Origin: Octopus vulgaris
Lineage: Eukaryota
Length of the DNA stretch: 64,000 bases
Direction of reading: 5' to 3'
Assembly: GCA_951406725.2 (NCBI GenBank)
Contig: OX597841.1
Span: 8,122,001 to 8,186,000, forward strand
Shown: in pieces, positions 45,770 to 59,656 of the stretch
How positions within the stretch are numbered: position 1 is the stretch's first letter
How the letters are laid out: the number at the start of each line of letters is the position of its first letter
Program-made: the position numbers and the translations under genes
Notes under the pieces: generated by a model
The model's input: the letters and a program-made list of their open reading frames with translations, nothing else
What the model was told of the DNA's origin: nothing
Databases searched by the model: none

Positions 45770-47435
45770 GCATCCATATACATACAATAGAGATGTTTTT
45801 GTTTCACTTTAACACGTAATACTGAAATAGTGGAGATGTGATATTGCTGTGGGCTCGCCCTAGGAAAGAAATTAAACATTTTTTCACATGACTCGACATG
45901 GACCCTAAGTAAGGCATGTGTAAAATTTGAATTAAATTGGTTGTGTAGTTCTCAAGTTTTAGGGATTCACACAGACAGACAGATTCATATTTTCAGTTTT
46001 ATATATATAGGTATCTTGTTATTGTGAGACATTCAATTCCTGACGTTAATGGTCAACTGTTGATTACTATGGTTTTGGTCAATATTTCTGTACTTTCTAC
46101 AGTGGTCTCATGTAATAGCCCAATATTTATGTACACAATAGAATAGACTAACATTCCTAAATCCCATCTCTCTATACAGACATCCTACATAATCTAATAA
46201 TGTTGCAATTATCTCGTAAAATTAACACTTGATGACAGTTTTCTCTTGGCGTTGTCTTTCTTTTCTTATAACTGTGCCAAATCTATGGCATGGCACTGTC
46301 CTCCCATCTCTAGAATTTACTAATCAACATTCCTCTCTAATTAAGTAAAACTGAGGCCATTAAGACATGTTCTTTATGTGCATACCCTCCACCCCGCACA
46401 CAATCTGTCCCCTAAAAATCATCTCCACAACATGATCCCTAACAAGATGTAAAATGTTAGGTGAGGGTACACAATGTTCCTATGACAAAATATGTTTACA
46501 TTTCAGACATACAAATGTAAGAGAGTTAATGAATTATAGCTTATTAATTATCATGATAATTGGGTATATATGTGATACAATGGCACTGTGCTTGACGGTG
46601 CAATACTAGATATCAATATAGATTGTATATAATCTGAGTAAAGAACATATAACCTTCATTACAATGAATATGATTGTGTCTCAGCACAGCTAATATTATG
46701 GTAGTTCCATGAGCAAACAAAGAAAGATATAACCAAGTCCACTGCCAAATAATAATGATTAATTCATTTCCTGGTCAAATAACAATGACTAACTTCCATT
46801 AAATAATTTGAACGCAACAATCAAGACCAAAGGGTGAAACACTCAGAAAACTGTGCCTCTTTTAGCATTAATATCATCTAAAATCTAACAAGAGTGAGAA
46901 AAAGAATGACTATATGGATGGTAAATGTTGTTCAAACAATGTAATAAGTGTATATTATATATAGTTACAAACAAGGATTTGTGAGATCAAGTCACACAGG
47001 GAACTCATATTTAATTCCTATCTTTATATTTTATGTCAACACCAATGTTTTGTTTAAATGTAAACAGATGTTCACCGTTCAATACTAAATTTAATATTTA
47101 ATCAACGTTAATGATCATTATACTTATACTCTTAGAGATTTGATTTTTAATTTTATTAATTTATAACAATGTTATTCTGACCTGAGACATTCAGGGTAGC
47201 TACCTAAACAGCATATCATGACAGACATCTTGAAGTGTGACATCTTAAAATTAGATAAAGACAATATTTAGTGGATGTAGTGATAGATATACTGTCACAA
47301 AGAAAAGACCTCAGGGACACCTATCATAAATCTGTCCCATTATGACATACCTGGGTCTACACGAAAGCTTGAAGCACATTATTCCACACAATAAGGTCAA
47401 CAAGACAACAAACAGAGCCCCAAAGATTATCTTAC

Positions 47436-47578
47436 CAAATTCACTTTTGCTGAGTGTGTATTCTCGACACACGGGGCATCTCTTAAATGTCATTTCAGAA
47501 GAACAATTCTCGCAGAGAACAAGATCTCCACATGGTTGCAGTCTCACGGTGGCCATGTTCTCTTGACACCAGCGACAT
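47436..47578 (-). CDS. RING finger exon (CRWCQENMATVRLQPCGDLVLCENC...KRCPVC) of the Mind-bomb-like gene
   Basis: ttccatAG / GTaaga. Phase 2 in (CC+A = Pro) and phase 1 out. MIB/IAP-type RING spacing. Confidence 0.9.
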
Positions 47579-47922
47579 CTATGGAACAAAATATAAACAC
47601 ATTTCATCAATAACATTCATGTATATCAATTTTTACATGGTATACATGTTTACAGGACAAAATATTATGAAACTCTGCAGTGACCCCCATGAGTGTCTCA
47701 CAATTTCTATTTTAAAGAACCACGTTCGGACAGATTTATGTGTGTATAAGTGCTACGCAGACACACACACGTGTATATTTATACAGATTTTGTTAAATAT
47801 ACGTCTTGACTCTGATATATTACAAAAGCAGTGCACCACATATATTCCAAAACCATACTTCACTTCTAGACTCCATTTCTGCTGAACAAAACTATATATG
47901 TACACAACTTTGTGTCTATATA

Positions 47923-48738
47923 CGAGGTCTGATCAATAAGTATCCAGACTGTTGCTATAGTAACGAAGGAAAAACACGCAGAGTGAAGCCGCTTGGCAAA
48001 GATTGATCTCAATCTGTGCTGTACATGCGCACTAATTTTTATGTTCTAGCTCATATCCGCTGTTTACAGCAGTGCTTGGAAGCCTACGTAAAGTTGCAGA
48101 AAGTGCATGGAGAGGAGTGTATGAGCCACACACACATGTAAGAGTGGTTCAGACATTTTAAGTATGGCCGAAAATGTCGATATTGATGAACATTCTGGAA
48201 GATCTGCAACGAGCAGAACTGAGAAAAAACATTGCTGATGTGCGTACAGTTGTGTGGGTAAACCGTCGAATTACCATCCTTGAATTATCAGAGGATGTGC
48301 AGGTTTGTTACGGTTCGGGCCATTACCACTGAAGATTTGGGTTTGAGACGCGTGTCTACCAAATTTGTGCAAAAACTGCTTTCAGATGACCAAAAGGACA
48401 CGCGGGTTTCAGATGCACAACATGTCCTTGATTGTGTCAGGGACGATAAAAATTTATTGAAAAATTTCTAGGGCCCTCTGAGTAGGAATCGTCAAACTTT
48501 TGACAAAATTTGATGCAGATTCTCTGCTCAGCTTTCTATATCATTGTCAATGTGACGATCACACACTACACACCTTCCGTCCAAGCACTGCTGTAAACAG
48601 TGGAATTGCTCTAGAAAGTCAAAACTTAGCGTGCATGCACAACAGAGATAAAGGTCAATCTGTGCCAAGCAACTTTACTCTGTGTGCTTTAGCTTTGTTA
48701 CTATGGCAACAGTCTGGATACTTATTGATAAGATCATG
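47923..48738 (+). mobile_element. Internally deleted mariner element with TIRs and TA target duplication
   Basis: TA|CGAGGTCTGATCAATAAGTATCCAGACTGTTGC...GCAACAGTCTGGATACTTATTGATAAGATCATG|TA. Internal transposase remnants (EWFRHFK.GR, DEHSGR, EDLGLRRVSTKFVQKLL). Confidence 0.9.
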
Positions 48739-50209
48739 TACAACCATTAATATATGTATATATAAAACTCTTCATTGTATCTAATCTGTTTCGCAAGTCC
48801 TCTATATTTAGACATCTGGTTTTGAATTTTATGGCTGGAGAGACGGGACACATTTGCTATAGCTTCATATATACAAGATCCGTATAACTAAACAAGTCAC
48901 TGTTCTAAAATAGAAGAATGCTTTGAGAATACAATACAATGTATATGTACAAAACTGGAGAATATTTTAAAAACAGATGAGTTGTACTGAGTTTCTATGC
49001 ACCATTAACTTCAGGCCAATCAAAGATGCATTATGGTTGTATGATCCCCACGGTGGCTGGCCCGTGTGTCTTTCCCCATCTTTGCAGTCGAACAAAATCT
49101 TACCATCCACAGGAAAATTCTGGACATTTGTTGTGACGGATATTAAAAGAAAAGTTCCTTACGTAATCCGACATTAAAGGTCCATATAAGAAAACATCAG
49201 GTAAAAATCTACCCCTAGTTATAGCTAAATCCAGGGACATTGAGAAATAAACCACTGATTCTGCCACACATGATGTAATTGTTATTGGTGTATCTAAAGA
49301 AATCATTGATCTACAAACATGTTTTGACAACTTGTCCACTTCAAATGTATTTCTACCCAAAATTTTATCTGCCTAAATCGATTGTACCAAAACCTAGATT
49401 TTGCAGATTTACCTTCTACTGAGGCACAGGCATACTGTTTAGTCTCCGGTAATCTTTCCTTTTTAATGTTTATAATAAATAAAGACACACATTTTACCTA
49501 TTTCGGTATTGATACCATTTTTGACAATCTTAATTATATTTTTCATACAACATAGCAATATTGTTTATAAGCAATCACACATAATAAAATTTCGTCTGCA
49601 TTAACATCCTTGGTTTCTTTGCGCCTTGCCCCTTTAACTGGTAATCAACATCATGATTTAAAGTCTTACACTACTAAGCCTCTTTTTATGGACACTTACT
49701 TTATATCCAATTGACTACCCCTAATGTCTTCTTTCTGCCTAGAGGAAAGGGAATACATATGACAACATTTATGACCATACCTAGCCATGAGCTGTCAACT
49801 CATTCTTGTCCTTTATTCAAAACAGGACACTGTCTTCTGGTCTTAGATTTAGTAGTTGATAAAGAGATAAATGAAATTAGAAATGAATTACAATCCTTTA
49901 CAACACTATGACTCCAATAGCCTCCATGCGATTCTTGGAAGTGTAGTTTTTTTTCTTAGCTACAATATCGATAACATTAATTTCTTCCATCTTCTTACTC
50001 TGTTAAAATAGTTTAGAAACATTACAGTAATGTATCCGAATGGTTAAAATTCTATTCATTTATTTCTACAGCTAAAGATGGCACTGCATTTAAATTGATG
50101 TATTGATTGCATTGTTCAATTGAATGGAGGCGCTTGAAACGGTCGTATTTTATCACGACTTGATATCCTGTTGCTTAATTTGATTATATATATATATATA
50201 TAAAGATGC

Positions 50210-50525
50210 AAGGCTCAGTGGTTAGAACCTCAGGCTCACACTCATGAGGTAGGGAGTTCGATTTTGTGCTTGAGCAAGACACAATATTTACATGTTTTTC
50301 CAGTTCAATAGGCTTTAGAAGTGAGTTCTGATGCCACTGGTGTCAAGCTGTATCGGCCCTTGCCTTTCTCTTAGATGACATTGGTGGCGTGGAGAATGGA
50401 ATGTGGCATACATAGGCCACTGTTTGTCTTCCATAAAAACATTACCCGGCCTCGTGCCCCGGAGAGTAACATCTAACATCCTGGGTGCTATCCGATGATC
50501 ATTCATAACCGAATGATTTCTTTAC
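50210..50525 (+). mobile_element. tRNA-derived SINE (second family)
   Basis: ggctcagtggttaga...gagttcgatt head followed by gcttgagcaagacac. A related head lies on the minus strand at ~45-135. Confidence 0.6.
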
Positions 50526-50584
<59 letters not shown>

Positions 50585-50594
50585 TCAGGGTGAA

Positions 50595-51393
50595 TCTCTC
50601 TATATATAAACGGCAGTTTGTCTGTCTGTGTGTGTGTCAGGTTGTACCCTCACCCTGACCAAGGTTTTCAACCGATTCTGATGAAACTTGACACACACAT
50701 AGCCCAATGTCATAATTCAAAACTAACGCAGCGAAAATTTTGAAAAGTTCCTCCAGTCCTGAAAAATAATCGATAAATTCGACAAGGGTCGAGAATCTAA
50801 GCTTTTTATATGCAACACATTTTCTACAGACTGTCTAGGGGACGCAACTCGACCTTTTTAACTCTCGGAACACGTGGGGTAAGTATCCCAAAATGTATAA
50901 AGATGTACAAAAACGGCAAAAAAGCGGGCAGCAATGTGAGTGACAACAACGAAAAAGTCAAAAGTGACCAAACTGAACAAGCGAATGGAAAAGGTTTGTT
51001 TGGTGCACACGACAAAAGCGGTTTATAATAAACCACGAGTTTGCAAGTAGCGTCCGAGGACCCTTAGGGTACGTCAAAAATTTAAGGAAAAACGTTTGGG
51101 GTGGTAGTTATAAAGAAAGTGTAAACAAAAAAGTATTCGAATAACTTGCGGCTGCAGCAGCTATTAGCAGAAGTGGCGGTGTTGGGGGTAAAGTCTCGAA
51201 TGTAATTTCTTCCTGGTAGGAATTGGTTGGGTTGAATTATCGATAGCTGTTTGATAGTTATTTGGGAGTGAAGAGAAGACATTGCAACCTACACATGCGC
51301 CTTCGTTCCCTAGAGGGAAAGGACTAGATTGGGATTAGTCGTTGCCTACTAGGGGCTCTTACATACCCGGGCAACGCCGGGCTATGCTGCTAG
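50595..51393 (+). mobile_element. Non-autonomous Helitron
   Basis: A|TC 5' start, subterminal hairpin CCCGGgcaacgCCGGG and CTAG|T 3' end. A deleted copy lies at 59329-59656. Confidence 0.8.
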
Positions 51394-51587
51394 TACTTGA
51401 TAAATGTAAGCACCTGTATATGCCAGCTTGTGGTATAGGTGATAGGATATATGTATCAAAAGAAAAACAGGACGTAAAGGATTTTGCGGTACATATGTTT
51501 CGGGCTTTATTGAACAACTTATATCAATGCATAATTGATATAACAGGTAGATCAAAAGCCTTCTTCAGCCACGTACAATTACCACAC

Positions 51588-51852
51588 CAAAGACATGTAT
51601 CACATTATAGCAGGTTTGAGAAAAGGTTTGAGAAAAAACCGAGTTTCATTGGGAAAGTAAATCCTCACAGGCGTATATGGCATTGCGAGACTCCAAAACA
51701 AATCGTCCTTACCGTTTTTTCACTCATTCTTTATCGAGTGAAAAAACGGTTTGTTTTGGAGTCTCGCAGTGTCATATACGCCTGTGAGGATTTACTTTCC
51801 CAATGAAACTCGGTTTTTTGTCAAACCTGCTATAATGTGATACATGTCTTTG
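51588..51852. mobile_element. Fold-back MITE / near-perfect ~265-nt palindrome
   Basis: caaagacatgtatcacattatagcaggtttg...gagtttcattgggaaagtaaatcctcacaggcgtatatg pairs with its reverse complement ending ...gtgatacatgtctttg. Confidence 0.85.
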
Positions 51853-51911
<59 letters not shown>

Positions 51912-51966
51912 TGTGTATTTGTGTGTATGTGTGTGAGTGTGTGTGTGTGCGTGTGTGTGTGTGTGT

Positions 51967-52300
51967 AATCAAAATAAGCAACAGGATAACAAGTAGTAAT
52001 GCAGTACGACCGTTTCAAGCGACTCCATTTAATTGAACAAAGCAAACATTACATCAGTTTAAATGCAATTATATCTTCAGCTGCACAAACTAAATGGAGT
52101 TTTTTAATAAATGGACACAAAAACATGATTTTTTAATATAACATTAATGTAGCCTACTAGTTAAAAAATAATATTTATTTTGTGCAGCTGAAGATAGCAC
52201 TGCGTTTAAATTGATGTAATAATTGCATTTTTCAAGTCAATGGACTCGCTTAAAATGGTCGTACTGCATCACTATTTGATATCCTGCTGCATATTTTGAC
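51967..52300. mobile_element. Diverged fold-back MITE
   Basis: The ~130-bp arms (aatcaaaat..gcaacaggata...gcagtacgacc...tcttcagctgcacaaa) are inverted. A single arm also occurs at ~50060-50185. Confidence 0.7.
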
Positions 52301-52379
52301 TTTATTCACCTTACTTCGATCCGCGCGGATTATAACGGACTGACTTGGTGCTTCAACTTAAGAACTCAATTCAACTGAA

Positions 52380-52574
<195 letters not shown>

Positions 52575-52582
52575 ATATATAT

Positions 52583-53547
52583 TGTTACGGGGGACCTCCG
52601 AACGAAAGCTGTTACGGAATCCCTCACACAGGCCCGATCGATCAGTAAATGTTCGCCACGGAAACTCGGAGAGGAGAGAGAGAGACAACTACTACAACAA
52701 CAGCCGCAAGAAGAGACACAGAGGCAATCGAGAGAGACACAAAGAAGGCAATTGGCCTACATTTAACGTACTAGTTTATAACACTTTATAATTGTTACAA
52801 CATCAAATACATATCAGATACATCAAAGAGGAAATACATGCAAGTAACAACACATCAAATGCAATAACAACAGCATTTAAAGAGTACACGTCGAATTAAA
52901 CATCAAGTCAATACATCATACAGTCCGGAGACAACAGTTCTGTTTCAAATCACATTAACGTTACAGTTCAAAGAACATTAAAGGCATATACAGTTCAATG
53001 TTCATTAAAGACTACAACAGAATCTCTCTCTTGCTTTAACAGTTCTGTAACACATATCAATACAGTTCACATTGTTCTTTTTACTGTTTCATTTCTTTTT
53101 CCAGCTTTTATAACACATCGAAAAGTCCCTTACTCAATTCACGTATCGTTACATTAGCCAATGTCTCACATTGTAGTTCATCTCTCTTAGCACTGCTAAA
53201 TCCAACTGCCAACCGCTAAATCCAACCGCCAACCGCTTGCATTGAATACCAAATCCTCACTGCTAAATCCGACTGCCAACTGCTCGCCTTGACTCCCAAA
53301 TACCGACTGATTTGTCACTACCCCAATCTCTCTGTCGCAATCTCCCTCTCTCTTAGCTCTGCAATACTCTCTGCCTGTCTTCCTCAGCCCCTCATCCTCT
53401 CTCACTGTCTCTCACAAACTGAACTCTAATTCACCTGACAGGGTCGGGGAGTTTCCCCAGAGCTAATTAATCAACCCGCATCTGGCAGAACAATGGATTC
53501 ATCCCCAAAGTAGGTCGCCGGCTCTGTCCTTAAGCTGAACCACAACA
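52583..53547. mobile_element. Solo LTR, related to 54163-55340
   Basis: TGTTACGG...CCACAACA termini. Shares internal blocks (actagtttata, cagtccggagac, taattcacctga, caatgg.tt.atcc..aaagtaggtc) with the neighbouring LTR. Confidence 0.65.
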
Positions 53548-53558
53548 CTATATATATA

Positions 53559-53625
<67 letters not shown>

Positions 53626-53643
53626 GTATATATAATATATATA

Positions 53644-53804
<161 letters not shown>

Positions 53805-53864
53805 TATATATATTTTCGGTATGTGGTTTTGAGCAATTTGTTGCAATTAACCCTTTATTATAAT

Positions 53865-53927
<63 letters not shown>

Positions 53928-53929
<2 letters not shown>

Positions 53930-55840
53930 TTATAATAAAGGGTTAATTGCAACAAATTGCTCAAAACCACATACCGAAAATATTAGAAATAGCAGCCAAA
54001 TAAATCACTATTTCTTCTACTAATAAGTGTCTCCAGAAACAAACAGAATTTGTAACTCGTATATGGTAAATAGAAAGAATATAACGAAATCCCAGCCTAT
54101 TGGATTAATTATAGACGAATCGTTTCTGGATTAGAACCGAAGGCTCATTCCCTTGTCAATATTGTTACGGAACGGACTGGAATCGCCCGTCGTCGCTCGT
54201 CCCGAACGGCTCGCACACTAGTTCCGCCACGGAACCCAAAGAGGCGGAGAGAGGAGATACAGATGGATACTGCCACCACCTCCTCAGCACAGAGATACAG
54301 AGGCACAACCCGAGATACAACCCAAAGAGGCAAGGCAACAACTGGCAACACTGGCTTATATTCAACAACTACTAGTTTATATGACAATCAATTGCTACAC
54401 ATCAAATACATTTAAGGCAAACAACAAATCAATACATCATACGGGTATACCACAGATCAATGCATTTAACAACATCATGTAACAATATATCAGTCCGGAG
54501 ACACAACAAGTCATATACAGTATTTCAAAGGTACACGTCCGAAGACACAGTTCTTTTAAAGTCTTTTCTAAACATCACAGATAATGTCACATCAACACAA
54601 TTCTGAACATGAATACCACAACTCGATAATCGACATATCGACAAGTCCTTGACTGTTCTTTTCACTGTTCAATACATCGTGACACGTATCAATGCACAAA
54701 CACATACCTCAATTCCTAATTGAATCTGCCAGTGTCCCATTCCTCTCAATCCTGCCAATTCCTCTGAATACTGCCAAATCCTTCTGTACATATCCCTTCT
54801 GCATATTCCAATCGCTTGCTCTTCAAATCCCAAGATCCCTGCTGATCTGTCCAAGATCCGTCTGTGTTCTTCCACGACCAACTACCAACTGCCCTTCTTG
54901 ACGACCAACTGCGAACTGCCCTTCTTGACGACCAACTACCAACTGCCCTGATCCGTCCTTCCTGACGACCAACTACCAACTGCCAAGACCTCACTTCGTC
55001 TCTGTGCTTCTTCCACTCCCTCATCTCCCTCTGTTCTACCACCTATAGTCTTTCTATTTGCTATCTGATTCCTTACTCTATCTATATCGCCTACTGTCCC
55101 TTAGCCTCTCTATCTGTCCCTTAGTCTTATACTCTATCTCTCTCATGACAGCTCTACCAAACTCTCTGCCTGTCCTTCTCTCCTACTGTCAATACCCTCT
55201 CCATCTGCTCTTAGATTCCCTTAATCTGTCTTCCTCTTTCACATTCTTCACTGACCCTTAATTCACCTGAATCTGACAGGACAATGGGTTTATCCTAAAG
55301 TAGGTCATTGGGACATACTACACTAGCTAACCCCGTAACAATATAATATTTCCTATAAATCTAGAAATGCTAGGAAAAAAAAACTCACCCATTACACCGG
55401 CTCGATCAAGCGACATCGAACGATCTAACGGACTGCTAGCATCTCTACATTTATATAGACAGGCGAATTCGTATCTCCCTCCAAAATTTTTTCCTAGCAT
55501 TTCTAGATTTATGGGAAATATTGTGTTGACAAGGAAATGAACTTTCGGTTCTAAATCAGAAACGATACGTCTATAATTAATCCAATAGGCTGGGATTTCG
55601 TTGTTTTCTTTCTCTTTACCATATACGGGTTACAAATTCTGTTTGTTTGTGGAGACTTTTTTATTAGTAGGAGAAATAGTGATCTATTTGGTTGCTATTT
55701 CTAATATTTTCGGTGTGTGGTTTTGAGCAACTTGTTGCAATTAACCCTTTATTATAATTATATAATTCTTATCAAATATGGTCTTTTCCATACCGAAAAA
55801 TCTACTAGGTGAAATTTATTGATTTTATTAAATTAATTAT
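53928..55840. mobile_element. Inverted Penelope-like pLTR pair interrupted by a solo LTR
   Basis: 53928-54162 plus 55345-55380 is the reverse complement of ~55487-55760. Each arm has a decayed hammerhead (TTGACAA...gttc...GAAAC-gat.c-GTC-tataa). Confidence 0.65.
54163..55340. mobile_element. Solo LTR (Gypsy-like) with 4-bp ATAT target-site duplication
   Basis: atat|TGTTACGG...CCGTAACA|atat with 8-bp perfect terminal inverted repeats; internal 27-bp tandem repeat at ~54873-54985. Confidence 0.85.
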
Positions 55841-55914
55841 ATTTTACCCGTTTTTGTATATATATATAAGTATGTATGTATATATATGCATATACACATA
55901 TATATATATATATA

Positions 55915-55985
<71 letters not shown>

Positions 55986-56525
55986 ATATACATATATATG
56001 TATGTATATATCTATGATTCTATGTATGTATGTATGGATGGAAGGATGGATGGATGGATGTATGTATGTATGTATCCATGTATGTACACTCATTGTATGT
56101 GTTTGTAGGCGATTTTCTCAGGATAGCTCACATGGACATGACTGGGTGGGACAGAGAAGACAGAGGAACAATCTGTTGGTAGAGAGATAAATTCCATCAC
56201 TTCACTATTTACTTCTACATTTTCTCATTGGTCCCAAATCTTTAAAATAGGGAACTGAGAGAGGTGGGTGGGGATTTTAGGAGAGGTATAACAGTCAATG
56301 CAACCAATCATTTGAATGTAATCAAAATAGTGTTCTTTCTTTAATTAGCTTAACAACTGCATATCGTTTATTGTTCTTCTTACTGTTGTTGTGTGTAACC
56401 TTTCATTAAGCCACTAAGACAGTATAATGTATCAGTAGAATTAAAACAATATAAACATATAAACACGGTTATATACAAAACAGAAAATGTAATGGTTTAT
56501 CTTGTCATTGCCAGTGAATACTTAC

Positions 56526-56704
56526 GGCGTTGGTGGGAATAACGTCTTTAACGTTTTTTTTAATTTTGCCTTTTTTATTAGGTCCAATGGTGTTCTGCCA
56601 CTTTTGTTTTTACAGTAAAAGTTGGCCCCGTGGTGGGCTAGGTAACTGGCAACCACCACGCCAGAGTACCTTTCTTCGCTTCCCAGTTTCAGATCCTTGC
56701 AGAA
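56526..56704 (-). CDS. Last ankyrin-region exon of the Mind-bomb-like gene (FCKDLKLGSEERYSGVVVASYLAHHGANFYCKNKSGRTPLDLIKK...LFPPT)
   Basis: tttgtAG / GTaagt; 179 nt, phase 0 to phase 2; ankyrin motif GA....N..G.TPLDL, as in MIB1/MIB2 just before the RING. Confidence 0.9.
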
Positions 56705-57211
56705 CTACAAATGATGAAATATAAAATGATGAGTTAAAGATTACACAAACATATACTAAAGATGCCCCAAATTACACAACAGTTCAACTACATTTACACA
56801 TAGTTTTGTTTCTCCAGTGATTAAACTATTCACACAGCGTTGATTTCTTACATCATCTCTTAGTTGAGTCGACTTTTCATTATCATTTGTTTTACTTTAC
56901 GTTCTACATTAAGACAAAAATTATGATCATTATATTGAACAAAACGCACATTAGTGGTCAACGTTATTGCTTAACAATGATATTTAATGAGTAAATATTT
57001 ACTTGCCAATCACAAATGTCACAAACTATTCAATAAAAACACAATATAAAGTTATTATAACATCAAGTCAAATATACACAATATAAGGACAGAAATGTCA
57101 CAATAATGAAAGACAACAAACCAACAAGAACCTATCTCTACAACTGGCTTGATAAAGCCAAATGGCCATAGCAAGAGAAATACTTACGGAAGAGTATTGT
57201 ACATATAAGTA

Positions 57212-57960
57212 CTAGCTTAAGGTGACCCGCTCTACGCGTGGGTGAGGGTGTGATTGTTACTTTCTGTTGCTTCCTTTGTTTCTTATCGCCATATTCACCC
57301 TCTTTGTTCCTCTCTCCTTTCTCTCTCGCATCCCCACTCTCTTACTCTTCCTTTATCTCGGACTCTCCCTCACTTTCTCTTGCTTTTTATCTTTCTCTAT
57401 CTATCTATCTCCCATTTATAAAAAATTAGATTTCCGTGCTTAAATTACAAATCTTCTACTTTACCATGTTGAAAATTTGATTGAAATCGGGCAAAAGGTG
57501 TCCAATCTAAACCCCCAATTGTCCCCCAAAATCAATAAAATCCCTATTTTCACACCAAAACGACCACAGTAGCGCCCCAAAAGTCTCTCAAACAATTTCT
57601 CACCGCAAGTTACCCCCTCTTTTAAATTGTAATCCCATTCCAGGCCCAATTACACATATTTTTACATAAAAATCCAATTTGTATCATCGTTCGCCTTCTT
57701 CATTTGATAGATTAGAAATACATACCCGGCCTTGTTCGGAATTAAAATAGTTTATTATTGTTTTACTCGTTTTGGTATTATAACCCGATTTCATTCGGGT
57801 CTAAGCGGCCACATTTTAAAAGATGAGGAATTTTGCCCTAGAGTCCATGCCTTTCAATTGAGCAAATTCGAAGTTCCAATACAAACTCGCTAGCACTTTT
57901 AACATAGGTGTGCATATTTTTAGCACAATCCAACCACATATGCACACAGTATATATATAA
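57212..57960 (-). mobile_element. Helitron-like non-autonomous element (boundaries uncertain)
   Basis: a|ctagc...acccgc.ctacgcgtgggt is a minus-strand hairpin plus CTAG end. Confidence 0.45.
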
Positions 57961-58519
57961 ATTAACACAATATATCTGTTTAATAATATCTGTTATGACT
58001 GTGCGATGGAGGTGGGCGATATTAATTCACCGTTCTAAAAGACCTGTGGCGAGAATAGTTAAACTTTTGCGGTTGTCATCGCTTTCTGTCTATAGATACA
58101 GACAGACGTACAGTGAGAGAGGTGGTGGAAGAAAGAGTGACAGAGAGACATCGTTATAGAGGGATCAAAAAATCACTCTTTTTGCCATAGCAACCACATC
58201 TTATAGCTTGCGAATTTTAACCATCGCGGGTCTCATTCTCACCACGCATTTAGTATCCTTGCCTCGGTTTGGCTGCCATTAACCTCCAAAGCAAAATGTG
58301 CATAAAATTTTCGTCAAAGGACTGTCTTATAGATATGAATAACACCACAAATAATATAAGTTATACCAGAAAAGAGAACAGCAACAACATAGCAAGGCCT
58401 TCAGACATAACAACTAAATCAACACCACATAGACATATCCACGCAGATCAATAATGTTTCTTTAATTAAGTGGATTGGAGAGAAAAACAGGGTATATAAG
58501 GCATCGGATTTTGTGCGCA

Positions 58520-59070
58520 GAGAGAAGTCTACCATGGTATGGTTATGTGATGCATATGGATGAAGATAGCTTCATCAAGAAGTGGTGATCTCTCATTGTG
58601 GAGGGAATGTGTGGAGGGGGTAGACCCAGAAAGACGTGCAATAATGTGGTGAGAAAGGACCGTCAGACGTTGGGCCTCACAGAGGGGATGAAATGGGAGC
58701 GATACTTTTGGCAGTCTGCTGTACTTGAGATGATATGCCAAGCTAAGTCGTCGTTGTCCTTGCATACTGTCATGACCCCTGTATCATTCTTCGTCTGAGA
58801 TATCCTAATCTTGTGGGATCATGGGTGCTGATGCTTCGGAAAAATCACCCATGCTGGTGTCACATACAAATATCCGTGTCGGTGCTGCAGAAAAGCACGC
58901 AGTACATTATGTAAATTGGGTGGCATTAGGGAGAACGTCCAACTGTCGAAACCATGCGTAAAGAGATATGGAGCCCAGGTAGCTTTTCAGCTGACAAGCT
59001 TCTGTCAAAGCGTCGAACCCATGCCAGCTTTGAAAACAGTCGATACATTATCATGATGATGATGATGATG
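58520..59070 (+). mobile_element. RTE LINE 3' end
   Basis: WYGYVM...EGMCGGGRPRKTCNNVVRKDRQTLGL, then a 3'UTR ending in (GAT)n. Confidence 0.75.
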
Positions 59071-59328
59071 AATTAATAAGGAAACATCTTTTGATGAAGA
59101 AAGTGAAGTAAGGGAAGTAAGAATCGGTGTCACAGTTGAGGCAGAACACCAACGCATAGTTGATAATTTGTTCAGTGTTAGTCTGATGGACTATTCCAGT
59201 AGGTGGGGAGGTCGCTGGCTGTCAGAGTAGGTTCCTCTCACCAAAGTAGACATTACAACAATACACAGATGACCATCAACTGCCTGAATAGTAGTCAGTC
59301 ATCTGTAGTGAGCTTTATTCATATGGGA

Positions 59329-59656
59329 ATAGCCCAATGTCATAATTCAAAACTAACGCAGCGAAAATTTTGAAAAGTTCCCCCAGTTCTGAAAAAATTC
59401 GATAAATTCGACATGGGGTCGAGAATCTAAACTTTTTATATGCAACACATCTTCTGTCTAGAGGACGCAACTCGACCTTTTTATCGCCCAAAGGGACAGC
59501 TAGGAACATCGTATACACAGAAGTATTCGAGTGAAGAGAAGATATTGCAACCTACACACGCACCTTCGTTCCCTAGAGGGAAAGGACTAGATTGGGATTA
59601 GTCGTTGCCTACTAGGGGCTCTTACATACCCGGGCAATGCCGGGCTATGCTGCTAG
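59329..59656 (+). mobile_element. 5'-truncated copy of the Helitron at 50595-51393
   Basis: Near-identical blocks and the same 3' hairpin-CTAG|T end. Confidence 0.8.
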
